From: a virus
Lineage: Duplodnaviria > Caudoviricetes
Direction: 5' to 3' (one strand)
Virus record (IMG/VR): IMGVR_UViG_3300028585_000049
Span: 1 to 37,686 of that record
Length of the DNA stretch: 37,686 nucleotides
The position numbers and the translations under genes are program-made. Positions 1 to 8,600 of the stretch are shown here, piece after piece. A model generated the notes under the pieces. That model worked only from the letters and a program-made list of their open reading frames with translations. It did no database searches and was not told where the DNA came from. Numbering within the stretch: position 1 is the stretch's first letter; every line of letters starts with the position of its first letter.

Positions 1-122
1 TGCCAGATCACCGGCGACGACGTCGAGACCGTCGCGCCCTTCTGCGCCATCGCTGCTGCGGCGACAGGTAGTATAGCCGCCATCGTTGCGCCCCCTTTTA
101 AGATGCCCCCGGTGCTGATCAT
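1..122 (-). CDS. N-terminus of a small protein, possibly holin/lysis-module; runs off the window edge
   Basis: ATG at 122-120 overlaps the upstream TGA (ATGA); reads MISTGGILKGGATMAAILPVAAAAMAQKGATVSTSSPVIW; follows the tail fibre genes. Confidence 0.5.
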   Translation of the reverse strand, partial: MISTGGILKGGATMAAILPVAAAAMAQKGATVSTSSPVIW

Positions 123-652
123 CGCGTTGACACCACCCCGACCGCAGCGAGGAAAGTCCATCCACCGAGCCAGATCATCCGCCTGACCATCGGCCATGCC
201 AGCCACATGTCGATCGGGAACGGCTCTTTGCGCTGCTGCTCGATCATGCCGGGCTCCGAGCAGATGTAGAGCCCGAGGCCTGACAGACCGAAGGTCACTG
301 CGAAGGGATCGAACATCCGCTTGACCGTTGCAAACAAGCCGGAAGTCATCGGATCGCGGGGATCATAACCCCAGAGCGTCAACGCCTCGACACCGCAACG
401 GACTGTAATGCCACACGCGAAGATGATGCCGAGTGCACGATAGATCCAAGCTGGCGACAGCCATGTATCGAGCCGGCGATGCTTCCAAGCATCGCCGGCA
501 AGCTTCACGACCACCATCATGCCAACTAGCGTTCCGATCGTCATGACGGCGAGATTGATGACGACGAGCCACCCCATGCCTTCGAAGCTGGGTTGCGCGA
601 TCGTGCGGGGGCCATTCGCGACCGCCTGAGCCGCGAAGCTGGTATTGCTCAT
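119..652 (-). CDS. Multi-pass membrane protein (about 4 TM), possibly lysis-associated
   Basis: Start revised to the ATG at 652 (MSNTSFAAQ) with an AAGGA SD upstream; four hydrophobic segments. Confidence 0.75.
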   Translation of the reverse strand: MSNTSFAAQAVANGPRTIAQPSFEGMGWLVVINLAVMTIGTLVGMMVVVKLAGDAWKHRRLDTWLSPAWIYRALGIIFACGITVRCGVEALTLWGYDPRDPMTSGLFATVKRMFDPFAVTFGLSGLGLYICSEPGMIEQQRKEPFPIDMWLAWPMVRRMIWLGGWTFLAAVGVVSTR

Positions 653-677
653 GTTGGGTTCCTTGATCGACGGCCAG

Positions 678-1262
678 TCAGGCCGACCAATTCCAGTTGA
701 TGCCGGCATACGCGGCGCGCTTGGCGGCGATCGTTGCTGCCGCCCGGATGTCCCGCTTGGCTTTCTGCGCCACTGCCTCGATCCGGGCATTCTCCGAGGC
801 GGACGTGTTCATGCCGACGTCGTACCGTGCCAGCACAGTCGTCAGCAGTTCGCCCGTCAGCATCGATTCCGTGGTGGCGAACGGGAAGCGCTTCTTTTTG
901 TCGCTAAGCCCGAGCCCATTGAGCACCGATGCGGCGATCGTACGCGCGTCGATCGCCTCCATCGCCTTGCGGTTATAGACGTACTTCTTCGCCCCGCCGT
1001 CGGTGAGAACGGTCATTTGCAGCTTCTCGCGTTCGGCATCCACCGCGGCGAGCAGGCGCGCTTGCAGCTGCTCGATCGTCTCGACCGGCACCACAAGACT
1101 GTCCTTCACGACCTTACCGGATGCCACGCGAAACCCGCGCGGATCGGTCGTCGGGTCATATTCGGCATAGGCATAGCCATCCGCCGGCGCGGGCACGATG
1201 TCAGCCGAGATCGTGCCGCTGACGATGCCAGTCGCGATTTCGTACAGCGCGAGGTTCTTCAT
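678..1262 (-). CDS. Tail fibre assembly/accessory protein
   Basis: ATGA-coupled to the fibre gene; beta-rich N-terminus followed by a helical IEQLQARLLAAVDAERE segment, as in fibre chaperone-like proteins. Confidence 0.65.
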   Translation of the reverse strand: MKNLALYEIATGIVSGTISADIVPAPADGYAYAEYDPTTDPRGFRVASGKVVKDSLVVPVETIEQLQARLLAAVDAEREKLQMTVLTDGGAKKYVYNRKAMEAIDARTIAASVLNGLGLSDKKKRFPFATTESMLTGELLTTVLARYDVGMNTSASENARIEAVAQKAKRDIRAAATIAAKRAAYAGINWNWSA

Positions 1263-4200
1263 AGCGCGGTCCAGTAGACAGAGAGGGCCGGGTCCCGGAT
1301 GATCGACCAGTTGCGCTCGGTCGTCCTGACAGCGACCCTCCAGCGTATGGTCAGTTCACCGAACGTGTTCAAAACCCGGATCGTGTAATTATCCAGGCGG
1401 CCTGTGCTGCCAAAGCCGCTTTCCGGCAGTGGAACCGTAGCCAAGATCCCGTTGTCCGCAGCGTTCAGAATTTCGAACGTTGGCTGGGTGTCGCGGGTAC
1501 CGTTTGTTGTCCCGCCGATGAAGCCTGAGAACGAGATGTATATTGATCCACCGGACCGGATGAACATGTCCGCGCCGAGGTTCGGGATGTATTGTTTGCT
1601 GGCCTGTCCTGCCCCGCCGTACGAACCCGCCACGGAACTGGCGGTGGTCGCGGTCATGGTCGACCGATCCAGCGCGCGGATTGTCACGGTACCGTTGAAG
1701 ATGGCGTTACCGTCGACGACCAGATTGGCGCCAATGTAGAAGACGCCTGCCGTGCCATCCGACTTCGACAGGCTAATCGTCGTACTGCCGTCGGGGGTCG
1801 AGCCGGTGACCGACCAATAAACGCTGGTCCGCCCATCGATGCCGGCAATGGCGCCAGCCTGCTGCGCGATGATCGCGGCGCTACCGTTATATTCGGCACG
1901 CAGCTGCGCGACCGTCGACGCTACACCCCCCGCCCGATCATCGGCGATAGCCGCAGCGCGTTCCTCGATCCGCGCATTGATGGTCCGCTGGAGACCGCTG
2001 TCAGCAGCATTGTTGACCTGCGCTTCCAGCGTGGCCGTCCGCGAGGCCGCGGCGTATCGGTTCGGCAGATCGGCGATCACATCCTCGCTCGACTTGATCC
2101 GCGAATTTACGGCGGTGTCGACCTGCGTCAGGCGATTGTTCACGTCGTCAGTGAAGGTGTTGAGCGCGCTCGGCGCCTGCCGCGACATTTGCGCCTCAAG
2201 CGTGCTCGTCCGGCCAACATAGCCCTGCTGATCAGTCGACAGGCTGGTAATGCGCTGATCGTAGCTGCCGAGCGTGCCGTACACCCCGTCGAAGCGCGTC
2301 GAGACGCTCGTCGACAGGTCTGCGACAGCCTGATTGGCGTTCGCAGACGACGTAGCGACCTGATCGACGCGGGCGTTCGTATTGGCGTCGCGGCCCTGAT
2401 AGTCGGCCGTGACGCTGTCGATGCGCTGACCGATCGCGCGGTCCGCATCGGCCAGCGTGGTTGCCGTCGAACTGACCAGCGCCCTCGTCGCCGCTGCAAC
2501 GCCGCGATCATTGCCAGCGCTGTACGGCACCCAGGTCTTCGTTCCCGGCTTAACCTCGGTCACGAACGGGCGGGAGAACCATGCGTAGCCGTCGACCTCG
2601 ACGTCGTACGACCGCACCGCGATCGTCGCGCGGACCGCGCCGGGCGGAACGACGTATTCCTGCACGCCGGTCAGGTCCCAGCCGTTGATGTCCTGACCAC
2701 CCAGGTTGATGCGGGCGCCGTTGTTCTCACCACCGTAACCGACATAACCGTCGTCATTGAAGAAGAAGACGGTGACCCAGGCACGGCACCGGTGAGAAGC
2801 CGTTATCGCGTAGAACTGGATGCTCGAGCCCGGACGAACGGCAAACGGCGCGCTCTGCGCCTCGTTACACAAGCCGGCGCCGGGATCCGGGCGATGGAGC
2901 GTCAGGTTATTCTCGATACCCCCGATCATGTAGGGCGTGCCGGCCCGGTTAAGGGTCATGGTCGACACGCTGCCCGGGTTGAACGTCAGCACCCAGCCAT
3001 CAAGCGTGCTGAGGCTGCTGTTCGGCACGAGGTTGCCGCCCGAGGGACTGGCCTGCGATTCGAGCACCGACGCGCGCTCGCCGACCGCGGTGGTAGCGCC
3101 AGCCAGCGCTATCGCGGTGTCGGTAATGCGCGTGTTGGTGGCGAGGTCGCGACCCTGATAATCAGCGGTGACGCTATCAATCCGGCGGGCCAGCGCGCCG
3201 TCCGCGTCGGACAGCGTCGTGGCGACCGATGACACGCGTGCATCGACTTGAACCGCGGCCTCGACGTCCTCGACCCAGAAGCTGGTGATCTGGACATAGC
3301 CGCCCGGAAACGGCCCGCCCGCATCCGGGTAGTTCGCCAGGAATAGCGGCCGCACCGAATAAGCGTTTGGCGGAAAGCGGCCACCCGTGCCGTACGATGG
3401 TGCCGGCAGGTTCGGATCAATTCCCTGATAGAGCTCGTCGACGACATACGTGCCGGGCTGCAATATCTGGGTGAACCGAGGCGCATAAATGTTCGCGAGG
3501 AAGCCGCCCGCAGAGTCGAGGACTTGCAGGCCGCAATAGGTCAGCTGCTGGGCTTCGAAGACCCGGAAGTTGGCATGAAGACGGAACGCGCGATTGGCGT
3601 CCAGCAGCGGGATCGCATCACCAAAGAGCGAGCAATAGACGCCCGGCGTGCTGCTCGCGAGCTTGCCATCGCCATAGGAGGGAAAGTCGAAGCCGGTGCT
3701 GAGCCAGTTCGCGCTGCCGGCGCTGAAATCGGCATTCGGCGTGATGCCGCGGACGTATGTCGATTGCAGCGAATCAATGCGCAGACCGAGCGCCTGATCG
3801 GCATTGCTGAGCGCACTGACCTGTTGGGTGATGCGCGTGTTGGTAGCGGTGTCGAGATCCTGATAGGACGTGACGACCGTGTCGATCCTGTTGGCGAGCG
3901 CACGATCGCCATCGGCGCGCGCGGTTTCGGCCCGCTCGATCAGCGCACGGACAGCGGTATCGTCGTAACCGCCACCCGCGGAGATCGCGTTAATCCGCTG
4001 GACGAGTTCTTCGTCTTTGCCTTGCGCACGCGTGATCTCATTGGCGAGGTCTATCACCGCTTGATCCAGCGTGGCCTGCGCGGCCGTCACGCGACCGTTC
4101 GCCGCCTCGATCTGCGCATTCGCTTCAGCCACGGCCGCGGCTGCCTCGCCCGCCGCGGCCGTGATACGCGCATCGGCTTGCGCCACGGCTGCATTCACCG

Positions 4201-5611
4201 CGGGAATGGTCACCGTTTCTAGTTCGGTGATCGACTGAAGAACGTCGCTCGCAGGCTTTCCGCCGACAGCGTTCGTGTCCTTCGACGTGTTCTCCCCAGT
4301 GACGTCGGCATTGTCCGTCGGCTTCGTCCCGATGGGATCCGTGACGTCGGGCCATGCCACCGATCCGCCGGGTGCGAACGGCAGCACCGGCGCCGCCTTG
4401 CTCAAGCCCTCGATCGACAGCGCGAGCTTGCTGACCGTCTCGCCGACCTCGACCGAGAAATCCTTGAAGAACCCATAGACGGTCAGGCTGTCGAGCCCAT
4501 CCTGCCCGATCCAGAGTGACGGCAACGCTCGCACCGCGGCAATGCGCCCGGCGACCAGATCGACGGCATCGGTGCGGATCAAGGCGTTCGCCGTCATCCG
4601 CTTCGCCCATGCGCGCTCGACGATCGTCACCTCGCCAAACTCGTCGACATTCTTACGGCTGAAATCCGTGATCGCGGCCGTTGGCGACGCTTCCGTCATG
4701 CCGAGCGACACAATAGTACCGACCAGCAGCGTACCGATCGCGACGTCGCCGCTGCCCGCGATCGTCACCGTAACCTGTCCACCGGCGCCCGGCAGATCGA
4801 GGAAGGTCACCGCGCCGTCGCCAGCCGGCAACGTGCGATCATAGCCCGGTGCCTGGACGCGGATGGTGTCGGCAACGACGTCGAGCAACGCGACCGCGTC
4901 AGGCGTGCCGGCATCGATTGACACGACGATGCTACCGGCCTGCTGCGTGGCGGTGCCAAGCGCCCGATCGAACATCGCCCAGCGGTTCGTCGGGCCGATG
5001 TCGATCCATTTGCCCGACGCGCCGGCCGGGTCATTACCGACGTTGGCGTCCGCCGCGCTCTCATAGATCCGATGCGTGGCTGCCACGATGACGCGCGCGC
5101 CGAGGGGGTACGTCGTGTCACGCTGCCATTCGGGTGCGTCCGCCTCGGCGACGGTGCTGGCGAGCAGCTGCGCCGAGCCGATCGCAACCGGCCGCAGCAG
5201 CTGCAACGTGGAACCGGCGCCGTCCAGCGCTGGATCCTCGCCGGTATCGACAAATGCTTCGGTCGCGACCAGCCCCTCGATCGTCAGCGTGCAAAGGCTG
5301 AGGGGAGGGGTGGCGAGATCGAGGCTGAAATCCTTGTAGAAGCCCCGGAACGACAGGCTGCCGAAACGCTCGTCAGCAATCCATGTCGCCGGCTGGGCGC
5401 GGAGATCCGCGAGCGTGCGCTGCAATGCGTCCGCCTGATCGAACGGCACGCCCAGCCGGACTGACATGCGCCGCGCAAAGCCACGCTCGACGACCGTCGT
5501 CACGCCATAGTCGTCGGTGACCCGCCGGCTATAGTCGGTGATTCCGATCGTAGGCGCCGTCTCGGTCGTGCCGAGTTCGATCACACCGCCGGTGTCGAGC
5601 ACGACCCTCAT
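1259..5611 (-). CDS. Multidomain tail tip / central fibre (host-specificity) protein, 1450 aa
   Basis: ATGA-coupled directly after the tape measure; duplicated N-terminal domain ending xIEGL, CBM5/12-like WQRDTTYPLGARV motif, coiled-coil repeats, two CBM-like inserts (ITPNADF, NLVPNSSL), gpJ-like C-terminal beta region. Confidence 0.85.
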   Translation of the reverse strand: MRVVLDTGGVIELGTTETAPTIGITDYSRRVTDDYGVTTVVERGFARRMSVRLGVPFDQADALQRTLADLRAQPATWIADERFGSLSFRGFYKDFSLDLATPPLSLCTLTIEGLVATEAFVDTGEDPALDGAGSTLQLLRPVAIGSAQLLASTVAEADAPEWQRDTTYPLGARVIVAATHRIYESAADANVGNDPAGASGKWIDIGPTNRWAMFDRALGTATQQAGSIVVSIDAGTPDAVALLDVVADTIRVQAPGYDRTLPAGDGAVTFLDLPGAGGQVTVTIAGSGDVAIGTLLVGTIVSLGMTEASPTAAITDFSRKNVDEFGEVTIVERAWAKRMTANALIRTDAVDLVAGRIAAVRALPSLWIGQDGLDSLTVYGFFKDFSVEVGETVSKLALSIEGLSKAAPVLPFAPGGSVAWPDVTDPIGTKPTDNADVTGENTSKDTNAVGGKPASDVLQSITELETVTIPAVNAAVAQADARITAAAGEAAAAVAEANAQIEAANGRVTAAQATLDQAVIDLANEITRAQGKDEELVQRINAISAGGGYDDTAVRALIERAETARADGDRALANRIDTVVTSYQDLDTATNTRITQQVSALSNADQALGLRIDSLQSTYVRGITPNADFSAGSANWLSTGFDFPSYGDGKLASSTPGVYCSLFGDAIPLLDANRAFRLHANFRVFEAQQLTYCGLQVLDSAGGFLANIYAPRFTQILQPGTYVVDELYQGIDPNLPAPSYGTGGRFPPNAYSVRPLFLANYPDAGGPFPGGYVQITSFWVEDVEAAVQVDARVSSVATTLSDADGALARRIDSVTADYQGRDLATNTRITDTAIALAGATTAVGERASVLESQASPSGGNLVPNSSLSTLDGWVLTFNPGSVSTMTLNRAGTPYMIGGIENNLTLHRPDPGAGLCNEAQSAPFAVRPGSSIQFYAITASHRCRAWVTVFFFNDDGYVGYGGENNGARINLGGQDINGWDLTGVQEYVVPPGAVRATIAVRSYDVEVDGYAWFSRPFVTEVKPGTKTWVPYSAGNDRGVAAATRALVSSTATTLADADRAIGQRIDSVTADYQGRDANTNARVDQVATSSANANQAVADLSTSVSTRFDGVYGTLGSYDQRITSLSTDQQGYVGRTSTLEAQMSRQAPSALNTFTDDVNNRLTQVDTAVNSRIKSSEDVIADLPNRYAAASRTATLEAQVNNAADSGLQRTINARIEERAAAIADDRAGGVASTVAQLRAEYNGSAAIIAQQAGAIAGIDGRTSVYWSVTGSTPDGSTTISLSKSDGTAGVFYIGANLVVDGNAIFNGTVTIRALDRSTMTATTASSVAGSYGGAGQASKQYIPNLGADMFIRSGGSIYISFSGFIGGTTNGTRDTQPTFEILNAADNGILATVPLPESGFGSTGRLDNYTIRVLNTFGELTIRWRVAVRTTERNWSIIRDPALSVYWTAL

Positions 5612-8600
5612 GCGGCAGCCGCCACGCTGATCGCGTCGCCTCCGCTGGCGCCGGTGACATCGTCCAGTTTCTTCGCCACCCGGCCGGTGTTGCTGACGAT
5701 CGCGGCGTTTGCCGTGTTGGTGTCAGCACGCAGCTGGGCAACCTCCGCCCGCAGCGCATCGATCGCGCTCGCGGTGTCCGCACTGGTCGCGCTCGACCCC
5801 GCCGGCTGCGCCGCGGTGGTGGCAGCAACGACCTGCGCAGTCGTGGCCGGAGCGGTCCCGCCCTTGGCGAGCGCAGTGACGACGCCGTACGTGGCTTCGA
5901 GGCTGGCAGCCGTCTGCGCCTGCACGCGTGCCAGTTCCTGCCGGCTGGTCGCCTGATCGGCCGCAGCGGCCAGCAAGGCCTGACTGAGCGCCGGCAGGCT
6001 CTTGGCAGCGTCCTGATCACCGCCGCGAGCGGCCGTGGTCGCAGCGTTGAATTGACCCATAAGAGCCGCGAAGCCGCCCGGCGTGCCCGCGTCCGTCAAG
6101 CCGCGGATACGCTTGACCTCGGTCATGATGGTGTCGCCGACCGACGTCCATGCGTCGGACAGCGCCTTGGCGGCAGACGCCGCGGCCTGCGCATCCTGAA
6201 TCGCATAGACCTGCTCCTGAAGCCCGCGGTTGCTTGCATCCAGCTTGGCGAGATCGAGCGCCCGGATCGCCGCGGTGTTGCCCTGCAATTCCAGCAGCTG
6301 GCGCTGAAGGTCCTGCCGCTCGCTGGCGATGTCCGCAGCGCTCTTGGCGCCCTCCATGGACGTTTGCAGATCTGCGAAGGCCGGTGCGAGTTTCAGAAGC
6401 GTGGCATAGGTCGCTTGCCCTGCCGCGCTGGTCAGATCCTGCGCTTCAACCAGCTGGCGGAATGCCGCCAGCGTCGACGGCATCGATAGCCCGAGGCCGT
6501 CGAAGACTTTCGCGAATTGCGCCGTCTTGGCAGCCGCCTGTTCCTCTTTCGAATAGAACGCCTCGAAATAGGACTGCGCGGCGCTGGTCAGGTCGGCGAC
6601 GCTGTCGAACTGGTCCGCCAGGCCAAGCTTGGCAGCGATGCCCATCGTCTGCGCGCCCTGACCGAGCAGATCGAGCGACGTGCCGACCGCCTCGATCGTT
6701 GACGCCACGCGCACGAGCGTTTCGAAGACGCCTTCGCCGACCTTCTGGAACTGCTGAAGGCCGGGGAAGGCCGCTGCCGCCATGCCATCGGCCGCGGCGC
6801 CGAACACCGCGGATAGCTTCTCTTCGATCTGGTCGCCGGTCAGGCCCTTCAGATCGATCTTGCCGAGGTTGACCACGAAGCCATTGAGCCGCGCTTGCAC
6901 ATCGCCCGTCGCTACGCCCAAGGGGCCGGCCGCAGACGCGATGGCGTCATTGAACGATCGCAGGATCAGCGTGAACTGGTTCTCGAGTCCGGCGTCCGCG
7001 CCGGCATATTGCGTCGACGTCTTCGTGCTCGTGGTGATGCCGAACAGCTTCTTCTTCTTCTCGATGTCCGAATAGTAGGACGCGTCGAAGCCGCCATTGA
7101 GAATGTCGCCGATCGACTGCGCACCACCATAAAGACCGCTGCCGATCACGCTGGTCTTCGATCCGAACAGGCCACCCAGAATGCCGCCAATGACGGGGAT
7201 CTTGCTGAGGACCGATCCGATCGCGTTCGACTTGAAGCCTTCGTTGACGCCGGTGGACGCATCGATGTTGCCGGCGCGCACGACGAGCGTGGCGACGCTG
7301 CCGATCTGACTGTCGATCGACTTCAGCGAAGCCGCCATCTCACGGGCGAAGGTATTGGTCACGGTGTCTACCTCCTTCAGCGCGTCGATCGCGTTCTTGA
7401 TGCTGTCGCTCTTTGCGGCCGGGTCGCCCAGCACGGTGCCGGTGCCGGTATTGCTCGCCGCCAGCGTGTTCTTGCTGCCGCCAAAGGATCCGGCGATGCC
7501 AACGCCGATCGAGGCGAGGGCGGCGATCGTCGCGGCTCCGGCCGCAAGGTTGAGCGGGAAGGGCAGGCTCTTGATCGCGTTCACCACCGCCTCGGTCGCC
7601 GCGACCGCGGTCCGCGCGACGGTGTTGGCGATCTTGCTGCCCGTCTCGATCGCGTCCTGCGCGATGGCGCGGACGGACATGGCGAACTGGACGATGCGGA
7701 ACGCCTTTTCAGCGGCCGCGAGCGCCTGATAGCCGTCCGAGCCTTCCTTGAAGAAGCCCTTGGCCGCGCTCGCCATGTCGCCGAATGCACCGATCTGCTG
7801 CGATGACGAACGGAGCGAATACAGACGATTCTCGCGGGCGATCCGCGCCTGATCGTCGCCGGCCGCGCGAATGGCCGCGTCGTGCGCCTCCTGAAGCCGG
7901 GCCTGATCGGCATAATAGCCGGTCATGATCGTCAGCGCGTCGCCGATCGCGGACCCGACGCTGCCGAACGCATCGGCCATGCCCTGCGCCGCGCGCTGCG
8001 CGCTCTGGTCGATCGTGTCGAAGAGATCGGCCGTCGCGGTCAGCGAGGCATTGTACGCGTCCTGCGCCTGCCTGTTGCTCTCGCCGGCATCGGCAATCGT
8101 GACCTGTTGCGCGATATACTTGGCAGCGTCCGCACCGACCCAGCCATTGGCAGTTGCTTCCTGCGTCGCCTTCAGCGTGGCGAGCGCACGGACGCGGACG
8201 GCATCCGACGCGCCGATCAGCCGGGTTTCTTCGCGGATCTCGGCAAGCCGGTTCTCGCCGGACGACATCGCGGTCTGGATCGCGGCCCTGCGCTCGGCAT
8301 CGGTCAGACGGTCGCGCGCGGTGCGCTGATCGTCGAGCGCCTGCTCAGCCCGCGCCGCACCATTGATGTCGCCCGTCTTCTGAGCTGCCTCCAATGCTGC
8401 CAGCAACGGCAGATCTGCAATGCGGTCGCGCATCAGTTCGCCTGCGCGCTCGGCCGGCGCGAGGCCAGCTGCCACGGACGCGTTGACCTGCTCCTGAATC
8501 GCCGCCTGATCGCGCATCGTGGCAGTGCCCTTGGCGGCATCCGAAACGCGCTCGGCGACGGCAAGGCGCACCTCGCGCGCGACTGCCGCCTCGATGTCGG

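Noticed and set aside
1259-1800. Diversity-generating retroelement variable region or invertible fibre cassette
   Set aside because: No reverse transcriptase, template repeat, invertase or inverted crossover sites seen in the window
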